DNA of 50,833 bases, taken from a virus. Its lineage: Duplodnaviria; Caudoviricetes. The stretch is taken from positions 1 to 50,833 of IMG/VR virus record IMGVR_UViG_3300024264_000051. One strand, written 5' to 3'. The translations under genes were made by a program, and so were the position numbers. Below are positions 9,957-20,068 of this stretch, piece after piece; within the stretch, counting starts at the first letter, position 1, and every line of letters starts with the position of its first letter. The notes below the pieces were generated by a model that had not been told where the DNA came from, made no database searches, and saw only the letters and a list, made by a program, of their open reading frames with translations.

Positions 9957-10283
9957 ATGGCATTCGTTCGCAAAAAGGTCAAGACTTTTAAGTGGCCCGT
10001 GGAGGTTGAGGAGCCCGCTGATGGAGGCGTGTTTGACACCTCGACTTTTGATGCGGTGTTTAAGCGAGTGCCAAGGTCTGAGTTCCAAAAGCTTGCAGAC
10101 AAGGGCGACCTCGATTTGCTTAAAGCAGTGATGACTGGATGGGAAGGAATCGAGGACGAAGACGGAAAACCGTTGCCGTTTTCCCAGGCAGCAATGAAAG
10201 AATTTGCTGATGATCCTTATTGGATTCGCGGTGTCCTGAAGGCATATACGGAAACGTTTGAAGGCGCAAAACTGGGAAACTAA
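9957..10283 (+). CDS. Tail assembly chaperone (gpG analogue)
   Basis: Between tail tube and tape measure, ending in ...KLGN* at a slippery site. Confidence 0.85.
   Translation: MAFVRKKVKTFKWPVEVEEPADGGVFDTSTFDAVFKRVPRSEFQKLADKGDLDLLKAVMTGWEGIEDEDGKPLPFSQAAMKEFADDPYWIRGVLKAYTETFEGAKLGN
10274..10280 (+). other. -1 programmed frameshift site G_GGA_AAC (G/GT)
   Basis: X_XXY_YYZ heptamer immediately before TAA. The -1 frame is open (KLKDAVKYWANGGK...) into ORF 10361-10627. Confidence 0.85.
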
Positions 10284-10627
10284 AAGATGCCGTCAAGTAT
10301 TGGGCAAATGGCGGCAAAAGAGTAGAGGACAAGAGTGCAGATGACGCTGCGGCATTTGGTTTGAAGCCGTTGCGTCAGACGGCTCCTAAAGAGGAGCATT
10401 TTGAGGTGTGGGAAGAAAACTGGGAAGCGTTGATGATGTTCCTGCGAATGCAAACGCAATGGACCGTCACGATGGGAGGCTACGTTGGATTGAAATATGA
10501 GGTTTTGCTAGGTGCGTCAGGACTGATGTCCCTTTATGATGTAGAGAATCCCCGTGAGATGCTGGAGAGCCTTCAAGTAATGGAAGCTGCTGCACTCTCT
10601 GAGCTGAACAAGAAAGATGCCAAGTAA
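10274..10627 (+). CDS. gpT-like C-terminal part of frameshifted chaperone (DUF1799-like)
   Basis: 'FEVWEENWEAL..FLRMQTQW....GYVGLKYE...LQVMEAAAL' pattern. No ATG at its 5' end, so probably reached by frameshift. Confidence 0.8.
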   Translation, partial: GKLKDAVKYWANGGKRVEDKSADDAAAFGLKPLRQTAPKEEHFEVWEENWEALMMFLRMQTQWTVTMGGYVGLKYEVLLGASGLMSLYDVENPREMLESLQVMEAAALSELNKKDAK

Positions 10628-13600
10628 GACTGTTCAACCAATAGCCATTGAGCTTAAAATTAAAGGTGGCGAAAAACTTGCGGCATTAAATAGATCATTC
10701 CGAGATTTATCGAAGCAGACAAAATTGTCTGATCGAGATATTACTCAGGCAACTCAAGATATTATTAAGTTTGCCCAAGAGGTCGGGAATAGCGAAGCGA
10801 CAATAAAAGGCCAGATCAAGGCGTTTGAAGGCTTGCGCGAACAGGCCGCTATGGGCGGCAAGGTTTATCGAGAGCTTGGTGTAAGCATCGGCAATCTTAA
10901 GTCAACCCTTAGAGGCTCTACTGATGAGCTAGAGCAGCAAAGGGCTGGATTTGTCAAAACAGGTAATGCTGCCAAGTCTTCTGCCGCTGATATTAAAGCC
11001 GTAATTTCGCAACTTGAAGTTTTAAAAGGGCAGGCCAGACCAGGGTCTTCAGCCTTTGCTCAAATTGCAAAAGATATTGATGCTTTGCAGGGTCGGTTAA
11101 AGGAAGTCAACATAGAAGTTAAAAAATTTAACGCTGGCTTTGAGACCGCTCAGCGCCCTGCGATGAATCTTGAAAAGATTCAGCGACAGATTGGTCGATT
11201 ATCTGAGGGAATGAAAACCCTTAATTTTACGAGCAATGAATACCTTCAAACCCAGACCAGAATTGCCTTGCTTGGTCAAGTCCAGAGTCGTTCGGTAGGG
11301 AGACAGCAGGTAAGGGCAAACGCCGAAATGTTCAGCAGTGCTGCCTTTCAAATTTTCGCGCAGGGACCAGCTGGAAAGCTTGGCCTGCCAAATACAGCAG
11401 CAGCTTTAAATCTTGAGATTTCTGAGCTTCAGACTCAATTAGCCAATACGACTCCAGGAGAGTCTTATAAAAGAATTACCCAAGAAATAGCTTCAAAGCA
11501 GGCAGACCTGAACAAAATACTTAACAGTACGGCTGACGCTTACGACAGGGTTGCGGCTGCTCAGTCTGCGTCAGCACGTAGAGCGCAGAAGATTGCAGAC
11601 TTACAAGAGTATGCGCGTGGTTCAGGTCTTGCCCCTGGCGCTGGAGGCTATCGGGATCCAGAAACTGGCGCAATAATTGCAAGAGGAAGAGGCAATATTG
11701 CAAGCAGAAGAGCTTATAGGCAAAGAGGGCAAGCATTCTTGGATTCGATAAACCAAGAAGCTCAAGGATTGCGGCAAACTTTAGCGTTGCCTGCTGCAGG
11801 TCAGACCACAGCTCCGGGTACTGGGCTAGAGAGAAGTGGCGGGGCGAGGTCTTATATCCCCGAATCCAGCAGAGGGTTCGCGCAAGAGTCATTCGCGCAG
11901 CTGCAGGGTCCGAGGCAGTATCTGCCTGTGCCTGCTTTACCCCCAGGATTTGCAGAGAAACTTAGACGGCGCAATATATCAGAAGCTGAATCGCTCAGGA
12001 AACTTAATGAAGAAAAGAGAGTTGCAAGGAGACTGGACCGAGAGTTGCGTGCAGGCGTTTCAAAAGCAAAAGCGGCGAACAATGGAAGCATCTCTGGCAT
12101 AAACAATCTCAGAGCGGCTTTAGAGAAACAACGAAACGAACTGCCTATCAATACAAAAAGATTCAAAGCTTTGACTCGACAGATTGAAATACTTGACAGG
12201 CAGTCGGAGAAAGCCAGCCGAAGGATGAGCCGCCGCAAGTTCTCCCCCGGCAAGGCCGCCCAGGTTGCTGGTGCAACAATCTCAGGCGGTATCTTTGGTG
12301 GCCCTGAAGGATTTCTCGGTGGCGCAATTGGTGGTGCGCTTGGTGGTGTTGGCGGGTCTTTTGCTGGTGCTGCACTTGGCGCTCAGGTTGGAGGCATTAG
12401 GCAAGAGATTGGTCGATATTCAGAAATGTCAGCTGAAATCGATAGGTTGCGGCTGGGGCTTGCTGGTGCAAGCAATGACTTTGGTGATTTTGTAAAAGCG
12501 AACATAGCCACCGAAAAGGCTTCTGAGCGACTTCTGATCCCGCTGAGGACCAGTTTCAAGATCATGACGCAGCTACGCGCTAACACGGTGGAGCTTGGCA
12601 TTTCTGTTGAGGATACAACAAAGATTTTCGAGGGCATTACCGCTTCTGTTTTCAAGACTGGAGGATCTTTGGCCGAGGTTGAAGGCGCGATGAGAGCGGT
12701 TATTCAAATCCTCTCGAAAGGCACGCCTCAAGCTGAAGAGTTGAGAGGTCAGCTAGGCGAAAGGCTTCCTGCTGCGATTCTTGATTTTGCAAAATTTACA
12801 AAAAGGACTCCTGACGAACTAGCAGACGCGCTCAAGAAAAGCCGAGTTACACTTGGTGAGTTTGTTGATTTTGCTAAAAATAAATTCGATGAAAATGGAC
12901 AATACCTTGACGGCATGGCCGATAATGCAGCGTATGCCGGATTACGCTACGAGAAGGCTCTTGAGCGAGTTCAGCTAACAACAGGACGAGCATTCCAGGC
13001 TGCTGGGTCAAACCTGCAAGACTTTGCTTCAAGATTTTTGAACGGCGTTGACAAGATAATAAATAAGGCATTGGAGCTTGGTCTGTTAGATAAGGGGCCA
13101 GCTTTTTTCGTTGAACAAGTTCTTAGCGAAGAGGTAACCAAAGCGGACCTAGAAACAGAGCTGCTACAAAAAGCGGCAAAACTGTCAGACTTAAGATCCA
13201 AGTTTCCGTTAGATGCAGCCTTTAAGATGGTTGGCGGATCCAAGCTAAAAGAAGAAGTTGACGCGATAGAGCAAGCCTTAAAAAACTTGGCACTTTTTGA
13301 CAAGCAAACAAAAGAACGAGCGGATCAGCTAGCAAAAGACGAAAAAGATGCTTTGGATAAGTCTCGCGGCCAATCGTTCCTAGATGCAATTGATCAAAAA
13401 GAATCTGCAATTGCCCAAGCTCGCATTCAGCTTGAAGAGCAGGCCGCGAACATAAGAAAACAAGCAATTGAGCAAGCAGGTCAAATTGAACAAGATTTTG
13501 CAAAGCAACGGCTTGACAGCGAAAGAGATATTCAGGACTTGAGGCGTCAGCTTTCTTACGCGGAAGAGGACATTGCCTTTGGCGCTGAAGAAGCTAGAGC

Positions 13601-15272
13601 GGTTGCGGGAGGGGCAGATCCTGAAGCTTTCCGTGTTCGCAAAGAAATTATCGAACTTGCTAGACAGCAGAAAGAGGACGAAATCTCGCTCGACCGTGAG
13701 ATTCTAGACGAAGAAACTGAAAGGGCGAAGGCTATTGAAACCTTCAAAGTAAACAACGCAAAAGCAATAAACAACGCTAATGAAAAATACGCAAAGCAAA
13801 TTGGCAAGATTCAACAAGATTACGCAAGAAATGTCGCAAAGATTGTAGAGGAAGGGACTGGCAGGGCAGGCAAGAGGCTGGAACTTTCGGCCAAGATTGC
13901 CGCTGAATTTATCAAGAGGGGCAAAGCCGAAGCTGCGCTTGGCGAGCTTGGTGTTTTCATTGACGAATTAGGAACTCCAAGAATGCTGCCGGGTGTTGAG
14001 CTTGACACTACCCAGTACAACGCAGTCATGGGTCAAAACCAGCTTTTCATAGAGGCTAACGATAAAATAAAAGAATTTAGCGAACAGCTTTCTGCTATAC
14101 CATCAGCGACTACTGTGGCGGCCCCCGCTATCAGCTCTATCGGAGTGAATATAGGCGACTTGACCGGAAGCCTGAACAGTAGTAAGGCCGCACTTGAGGC
14201 AACAAGGAGGCAAGTCCGAGGCTTAAGCAAAGACCTTTCCCAGGCAGAGCTGAATAAGAAAATCGGTGAAATATTTGCAGCGAAAGGGGAGCCAGTGTTT
14301 GCTCGGTTGAGACAAGCAAAAGACAATGCCGCATTGCAGAAACAAATCTTGCGCCTTAGAGAAGAGGGGTACTCTCAGGGCACTGCCACGGAACTGATCT
14401 CACAAGAAAACACTGCGGCAGATGCACTCCGCAACTTAGACGCTGCTCGCGATCAGGCTGCCAAGGAGGGGCTAGACGTGGCTCCATACAACAGCATTGC
14501 TGAAAGCATTAGAAATGCGGCTGAAGAGTCAAGAGCACTTACTCTTGCTTTTGAGAATATTTCAGTAGGAGACAAATTGCGTAATGAAGTCGTTGACTTG
14601 CGGGATGAGTTGAGAGATCTTGCCGATCCCGCCAACCAAATCACTGGCGCAGCAAACGCTATTGGCAGTGCTTTCTCGAAATCATTCACAGACGCAATTA
14701 CTGGTGCTACAAGTGCAAAAGAGGCATTAGCTGATTTCTTCAAGAGCGTCGGCAGCTATTTCTTGGATATGGCGGGGCAGATCATTGCAAAGATGGTGAC
14801 AATTGCAATTTTAAATTCTGTTGCTAAGTTGCTGCCAGGTCTTGGCGGATTCAATCTTGGGAGCACACCGTCAGGCGCGGGTGGTGGCGATATTTTTGCA
14901 GATATAGCTTCAAGAGGCGGTCTTCGGGCCAACGGCGGCCCAGTCAGCGCAAACACGCCCTACATCGTGGGCGAACGTGGGCCGGAGTTGATGGTTCCAT
15001 CCACCAGCGGCATGGTGTTATCTAACCGCAAGACCCGCGAACAGCTGGAAAGGCCGCAAGCTTTTGCTAGCACCCGCGAACAGCTAAACAAAATGACGAC
15101 ACAATCCCAACCGCTGGATATTCGCTATGAATCAACGGTCATAAATAACGTTGAGTACGTCACGGCGGAACAGCACCGTAAGGGGATGACGCAAGCAGCC
15201 GAACGTGGCCGAGCGATGACGCTGACGACGCTCCAGAATAGCCCTAGAACTCGCAGTAAGGTTGGCATCTGA
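10617..15272 (+). CDS. Tape measure protein
   Basis: 1551 aa helical protein with 'QILSKG..QAEELRGQLGERLP' tape-measure domain, Gly-rich hydrophobic stretch and C-terminal 'ANGGPV...YIVGERGPEL'. Confidence 0.95.
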   Translation: MPSKTVQPIAIELKIKGGEKLAALNRSFRDLSKQTKLSDRDITQATQDIIKFAQEVGNSEATIKGQIKAFEGLREQAAMGGKVYRELGVSIGNLKSTLRGSTDELEQQRAGFVKTGNAAKSSAADIKAVISQLEVLKGQARPGSSAFAQIAKDIDALQGRLKEVNIEVKKFNAGFETAQRPAMNLEKIQRQIGRLSEGMKTLNFTSNEYLQTQTRIALLGQVQSRSVGRQQVRANAEMFSSAAFQIFAQGPAGKLGLPNTAAALNLEISELQTQLANTTPGESYKRITQEIASKQADLNKILNSTADAYDRVAAAQSASARRAQKIADLQEYARGSGLAPGAGGYRDPETGAIIARGRGNIASRRAYRQRGQAFLDSINQEAQGLRQTLALPAAGQTTAPGTGLERSGGARSYIPESSRGFAQESFAQLQGPRQYLPVPALPPGFAEKLRRRNISEAESLRKLNEEKRVARRLDRELRAGVSKAKAANNGSISGINNLRAALEKQRNELPINTKRFKALTRQIEILDRQSEKASRRMSRRKFSPGKAAQVAGATISGGIFGGPEGFLGGAIGGALGGVGGSFAGAALGAQVGGIRQEIGRYSEMSAEIDRLRLGLAGASNDFGDFVKANIATEKASERLLIPLRTSFKIMTQLRANTVELGISVEDTTKIFEGITASVFKTGGSLAEVEGAMRAVIQILSKGTPQAEELRGQLGERLPAAILDFAKFTKRTPDELADALKKSRVTLGEFVDFAKNKFDENGQYLDGMADNAAYAGLRYEKALERVQLTTGRAFQAAGSNLQDFASRFLNGVDKIINKALELGLLDKGPAFFVEQVLSEEVTKADLETELLQKAAKLSDLRSKFPLDAAFKMVGGSKLKEEVDAIEQALKNLALFDKQTKERADQLAKDEKDALDKSRGQSFLDAIDQKESAIAQARIQLEEQAANIRKQAIEQAGQIEQDFAKQRLDSERDIQDLRRQLSYAEEDIAFGAEEARAVAGGADPEAFRVRKEIIELARQQKEDEISLDREILDEETERAKAIETFKVNNAKAINNANEKYAKQIGKIQQDYARNVAKIVEEGTGRAGKRLELSAKIAAEFIKRGKAEAALGELGVFIDELGTPRMLPGVELDTTQYNAVMGQNQLFIEANDKIKEFSEQLSAIPSATTVAAPAISSIGVNIGDLTGSLNSSKAALEATRRQVRGLSKDLSQAELNKKIGEIFAAKGEPVFARLRQAKDNAALQKQILRLREEGYSQGTATELISQENTAADALRNLDAARDQAAKEGLDVAPYNSIAESIRNAAEESRALTLAFENISVGDKLRNEVVDLRDELRDLADPANQITGAANAIGSAFSKSFTDAITGATSAKEALADFFKSVGSYFLDMAGQIIAKMVTIAILNSVAKLLPGLGGFNLGSTPSGAGGGDIFADIASRGGLRANGGPVSANTPYIVGERGPELMVPSTSGMVLSNRKTREQLERPQAFASTREQLNKMTTQSQPLDIRYESTVINNVEYVTAEQHRKGMTQAAERGRAMTLTTLQNSPRTRSKVGI

Positions 15273-15745
15273 TGAGCGCATACGCCTTTGTCAATTACGT
15301 CCGCTTCAAAACTCAGGATGATGAGTACACCGGCACGCCATACCAAAATTTCAGCGTCAACCAAACACGTACCTATAGCGGCGTGACTTATAATTTCGCG
15401 CCGTTTGCCGTTTCGTCTGGCGGCGGGGCTCGCGGCGGAGAACGCTCCAACGCGGCCCTAGTCGCTGGCACTGATGCGATCTCTGTGAATTTGTTCGCAG
15501 AGGCGGTGCAAAATCGTTACATCCTGGAAATCAAGACAGTCAGCCTCGACCCACTGACATTCGCAGACGAGGCGTTAATTTCAACCGAAATATGGCGCAT
15601 CGCGTCTTACGAAATGGACACAACAACGATAACAATGCGCCTGACATCGCCTCTTGATGCAGTAAAGGCTCAAATACCTCGACGAACTCTGAGCACAGAA
15701 TTGGTTGGAGCGTTACCAACCAGCGGCGCACTGGTTGTGGGCTGA
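15272..15745 (+). CDS. Minor tail protein (gpL-like hub component)
   Basis: Directly after the TMP, with 'LTSPLDAV...PRR' C-terminus. Confidence 0.65.
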   Translation: MSAYAFVNYVRFKTQDDEYTGTPYQNFSVNQTRTYSGVTYNFAPFAVSSGGGARGGERSNAALVAGTDAISVNLFAEAVQNRYILEIKTVSLDPLTFADEALISTEIWRIASYEMDTTTITMRLTSPLDAVKAQIPRRTLSTELVGALPTSGALVVG

Positions 15746-16113
15746 TGTGGCATCGTTGGATTGGGCTTCCCCATAAGTTTCGAGCGGATCCTAATGACGG
15801 TCAAGGGGCTGACTGCCTGATCATGACCTGGCACGTTTTAGACGCTGCAGGTGTTCCACACCCTACGTTGAGTGCGAGGTGGCTAGACATGGCAGAACGC
15901 GGTGATTACGAAACGCTGGCTACGCTGTATCAAGAAAGTACAATAGGCTTAGGCACGCCGGAAGAGTACGCAGTGACAATGTTTCGAGCGGCAGATCATA
16001 TCGGTATTGGCGTTGTTGCAGATGGGGGGCTTTTGCATGTGAACCGGCGAAAAGGCGTGCGCTGGATTCCGGTGGAGCGGTGTAGAAAAATGGAATACAG
16101 GAGGTTTAAATAA
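15745..16113 (+). CDS. NlpC/P60-like tail assembly protein (gpK-like)
   Basis: 'IGLPH...GADCL' catalytic Cys and 'HIGI...LLH'. Confidence 0.75.
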   Translation: MWHRWIGLPHKFRADPNDGQGADCLIMTWHVLDAAGVPHPTLSARWLDMAERGDYETLATLYQESTIGLGTPEEYAVTMFRAADHIGIGVVADGGLLHVNRRKGVRWIPVERCRKMEYRRFK

Positions 16114-19100
16114 TGCTGCCATCTGATCGTTACATAGCTGAAATCCTTGGCCTTACAGAGGCGCAGTATCGGCACTTCCATATCGAGGCAAGGAAACGCG
16201 CAGCGGAGGGACCACAGCCAGCTGTAACTGCAGAAGTCGCAACAGTTCTTGCAATCGTCAACCTTGTAATTGGACTAGGTTCGCTTGCGGTTTCGTTACT
16301 GTTAAAACCTTCTGCACCAAAAGCGCCAGGAGAGCAAGGCCAACCAACTCAACGCCAAGAGGAAGGCAGCACAGTTTTACAAAACAGTCGGTTTGCACCA
16401 AGATATGGCTTCGATTCACAGCAAGACATTGCAGCGTTAGGCAGCATTATCCCGATTATTTATGCACGCAAAGAAACCATATCTGGCACAGCTTACGGCG
16501 GCCTTAGGATCAACACGCCAATGGTTTGGAATCAAATTCTGAGCTTAGGCGGCGGCCAGATGATACGCGGAGTATTTTTACTCGGTGAAGGCCCTATTAG
16601 CAGCGTTGACCCAAACAACTTTGCAATCGGTAGCAGTACGTTGCAGGGCTATATTTTTGACAGCAACGCTGCCACTGAAGCGGCATCACGGGTAACGCTT
16701 TATCTCAGCAAAGATGGAGGCCGAATTGCTGGAACTGACAGAATAGCGGGCCGGTCAAATGTTAAAGATGAGGGGAGTTCTGGCTACGACGGCATCTCTA
16801 TCAGCCCAGATGTATTTCGGGTGTACTGGAACGGAGCAGAAGAAACAGATTTTTGTTCGTCTAACCGGCCAAGTACACAGACTACTTTTGGTGTTTATGC
16901 ACCGATTGGTAACGACCTGATGTATAAGGTCAATCCTGTAATAAGTCCAGGCGTTCGCAGCCAAACAGGTCCAGGTGGCGGGGATGAAGTTACTGTTAAT
17001 TGCCCTGTAGACGCGCCAAAAATGAACAAACGGGACAAATATCGAGCCAATTTTTCAACATTTAGTGGCGTCAATCAAATAAATTCCACCACAGTGACAG
17101 GCTCTGGAACCCCGACTCCAGTTAGCGTTGGTGATACCGTCAGTTACAGGCTCCACAGCGGAAGTGACTGGGGAACGCTTTTCAACACCTACGGGGAATC
17201 TGATGATGACGCAGAGGCAAAAGACGTAGCATCTGCCGTCGCTTCGTTACAGAAGACTTGGGATGACCGCTTGGTAGTAGGCGAGCTATACAAGATTGGA
17301 ACGGCTTTATGTGTTTGCACGGGCCGCACTTCAGCGGAGTTCGTTTCACAAGCTGAGCTAGGCGGTAGTGGGGGGCAGTCTATTGTTGCTAGCTTCACTG
17401 TTGTCGAGCCTGGTTCTATTAAAAACTTCTCTGCATCATGGCTCGAAGATGCAGGCGGCGACTCAGGCGTGCGGGAAAAAGGCACGACAGGAGGACACTT
17501 GTTGCGCTACGCACGGGGGTCGGTGTCAACGTCCAGAGCATGTCAAGCCGTGGAAGTTGGCCTGAAGTCTACTCTTGGAATCAGAATAAATAATCTATGC
17601 AATTTTAGAGACACAAAAACCTATCAATACGCAGATACTCAATGGTGCCAAACTTATGAAAACAACCCCCCAGAAGATATTGTCAACAACTTTTACCAAA
17701 GTGGTGTCATTACAGCACCAGTGCAGCGATACTCGTTTTTCAAAATTAAGTATAGAGCGATTGGGGGCAGTAATTGGACGACGTTGGACAACGCCTACGG
17801 GGTCAGAAGTGAAACGCAGCAATCTGTTTTTAATTACATCCGCTTTGAGTTCAGCTCTGCCGAAGTACGCGAATTTATGTTTGAACCTCTTTCAGGGTTT
17901 GAGGTGCGGCAAGGCTACTACGGACCACCCGACAGCGTGTTATATGTACTTGATCCTAAAAAGGGTCGAGCTACCATCTCCGATGGCGGGATAAATGTTG
18001 TTTTTAATGGTGAAAGCGTTGCACGTAATACAAGCAACTTTGGCATTACTTTTGGCAACGCTAATCCCGCCTTAATTTCTAACTATGACTACGAAGAAGA
18101 CACGAACGGGGACGACCCTACTGTTATCCGAAATTACAACGGCTTGCCTCTCGTAGACGCCACTACTTACATCGACGATTATGGAAAATTAGCCGAAGCT
18201 TTCGTTTACTCAGAGATCAGCAGCAGTGCAGATTCTGGGCCTGAACATAGCATCGTTTATGTCAATGAAATCGTGCCGAATAGTACAGTTCTACTATCCG
18301 CACCGGCAACCCTGACGGCTGGCAGCACTGGTCCGATCACCGTCAGCGTCGCTGACGCTGCCTATTTGGCAGACGGCACCAGCATTGCGGGCGTACTGGG
18401 TACGGTTTATGGGACGTTAAGCCGTAGCGGCACTACCTATTCATTTGTGTCGAATCAAAGTTATGCAAGTGATGTTACTTTTGCGAATGGGACACGATTC
18501 ACAGCTGCGCCTTTGTATGACAATCTTGCGTTGGTCGGCATCAACATCCGTTCATCAGCTGAGTTTCAGCAATTCAGCCAGTTTTCTGCTTATGTCACCG
18601 GAGGCCGTGAATGCACCAGGCTTTTGGGTGGATCGGGTGCCACGCATCTTTTCCCAGACATTTTGTATGACTTGATGACGAACGAACGCTTTGGGGCGGG
18701 ATCATTGGTCAAAAGCTACATGATTGACACCACCGAGTTCGAGACTGCAGCTCAATGGTGCCAAGATCGCAAATACTTTTACGACGGCGCGGTTTCTGAG
18801 CCTGTCAACCTCAGGCAATGGGCAGCGGATTTAGCCGCCACGCATCTGCTGCAATTTGGCGAATCAAACAGTAAGTATTTCCTTCGCCCTGCGATTTCCT
18901 TTGCTCCTGTTCCAATTGCTGCGCTATTCACAGCAGGTAACATTGCCGCAGATTCATTCAAGCTTCAATATTTTGACCCAGAAGACCGCGATCCCATTCA
19001 GGTGAGCGCTCGCTACCGCGAAGAGCGCACCACTACAGACCCAACCAGCCCCGGACTATTTCCCGTGGTGCGTGAAGTTCTGGTGCGGGAAGTAAGCGCA

Positions 19101-19646
19101 TCAGCTACAGATCCAATCGAGCAGATTGACATGAGTTCTTACTGCACAAGCAGGGAACACGCAATCGATGCAGCAAAGTTTATTATCCGTATGCGTCGCA
19201 TACCTCAACATGTCATAAACTTCTCGACGACACACGAAGGAGTGATGTCTAACATTGCGCCCGGTGATTACATCAAGGTCGCAATAGACGAAACAGAATA
19301 TGACCAGTTTAATAATGGCGCAGTAACACCAGAAGGCGCGTTAGTAAGCACGAAAGCATTGGCGGATGGAACACACAACGTGGTCGCATGGGATGGAACG
19401 GAAGGAACGCCACCGGCTGACGCGACGTTGACGGTCAGCAATAGCGGAACGACTGCAACGCCAACAGGCGTGGTATTTACCGTGAAAATTGCAAGCACGC
19501 AAATGCGCGTTTATCAAATTGAACGAATTACGTCAGGAGACGATGGATTATTTACAATTGAAGCAATGCACATGCCTGTCAATAGCAGCGGTGTTTTAAA
19601 AGTCGCTGATGGCTTCGATACCGCTAGTAATTGGAGCATCACCTAG
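16113..19646 (+). CDS. Tail tip/host specificity protein (gpJ-like central fibre/hub)
   Basis: 1177 aa with 'LGSIIPIIY', 'FLLGEGPI', 'LYDLMTNERFGAG' and 'PGDYIKV' tip-protein motifs. Confidence 0.85.
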   Translation: MLPSDRYIAEILGLTEAQYRHFHIEARKRAAEGPQPAVTAEVATVLAIVNLVIGLGSLAVSLLLKPSAPKAPGEQGQPTQRQEEGSTVLQNSRFAPRYGFDSQQDIAALGSIIPIIYARKETISGTAYGGLRINTPMVWNQILSLGGGQMIRGVFLLGEGPISSVDPNNFAIGSSTLQGYIFDSNAATEAASRVTLYLSKDGGRIAGTDRIAGRSNVKDEGSSGYDGISISPDVFRVYWNGAEETDFCSSNRPSTQTTFGVYAPIGNDLMYKVNPVISPGVRSQTGPGGGDEVTVNCPVDAPKMNKRDKYRANFSTFSGVNQINSTTVTGSGTPTPVSVGDTVSYRLHSGSDWGTLFNTYGESDDDAEAKDVASAVASLQKTWDDRLVVGELYKIGTALCVCTGRTSAEFVSQAELGGSGGQSIVASFTVVEPGSIKNFSASWLEDAGGDSGVREKGTTGGHLLRYARGSVSTSRACQAVEVGLKSTLGIRINNLCNFRDTKTYQYADTQWCQTYENNPPEDIVNNFYQSGVITAPVQRYSFFKIKYRAIGGSNWTTLDNAYGVRSETQQSVFNYIRFEFSSAEVREFMFEPLSGFEVRQGYYGPPDSVLYVLDPKKGRATISDGGINVVFNGESVARNTSNFGITFGNANPALISNYDYEEDTNGDDPTVIRNYNGLPLVDATTYIDDYGKLAEAFVYSEISSSADSGPEHSIVYVNEIVPNSTVLLSAPATLTAGSTGPITVSVADAAYLADGTSIAGVLGTVYGTLSRSGTTYSFVSNQSYASDVTFANGTRFTAAPLYDNLALVGINIRSSAEFQQFSQFSAYVTGGRECTRLLGGSGATHLFPDILYDLMTNERFGAGSLVKSYMIDTTEFETAAQWCQDRKYFYDGAVSEPVNLRQWAADLAATHLLQFGESNSKYFLRPAISFAPVPIAALFTAGNIAADSFKLQYFDPEDRDPIQVSARYREERTTTDPTSPGLFPVVREVLVREVSASATDPIEQIDMSSYCTSREHAIDAAKFIIRMRRIPQHVINFSTTHEGVMSNIAPGDYIKVAIDETEYDQFNNGAVTPEGALVSTKALADGTHNVVAWDGTEGTPPADATLTVSNSGTTATPTGVVFTVKIASTQMRVYQIERITSGDDGLFTIEAMHMPVNSSGVLKVADGFDTASNWSIT

Positions 19647-19648
19647 TC

Positions 19649-20056
19649 ATGGCAACGACATTTCCCAGCATCACACCGACGAGACGTAGCTTTGTTGCGC
19701 CAACATGGCCGACCAGGACACAGGCATCACAGTCTGGTGTTATCACTCGCAGGTTGTGGGGCAGCAGACCCAGCCAAGCAAAACTCAGCCTGACGTTTGG
19801 AAATATCAATGACACCAACACAGCGGCAATCCTCAGCGCATACAACAGCGCAAGAGGTTCAGTCGATAGCCTGACGTTGCCGACGCCGATATTTGCTGGA
19901 GCAGATGCAACATTGCAAAGCTGGCTGAATGCCTCGGCTACAGGGGCCGGTTTGCTGTGGTCTTTTAGCGAAGGCACTTCGCCACAAGTTGAAAGCGTTG
20001 CTCCTGGTCGTTCCAATGTGACTGTTGAACTGACAGCAGAACTTAGAATGAGCTAA
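19649..20056 (+). CDS. Distal-tail/gpM-like minor tail protein
   Basis: ATG 2 nt after the J-like stop, 'FPSITP...LSLTFGNI...YNSARGS' pattern. Confidence 0.6.
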   Translation: MATTFPSITPTRRSFVAPTWPTRTQASQSGVITRRLWGSRPSQAKLSLTFGNINDTNTAAILSAYNSARGSVDSLTLPTPIFAGADATLQSWLNASATGAGLLWSFSEGTSPQVESVAPGRSNVTVELTAELRMS

Positions 20057-20068
20057 CAGGAGTACAAA

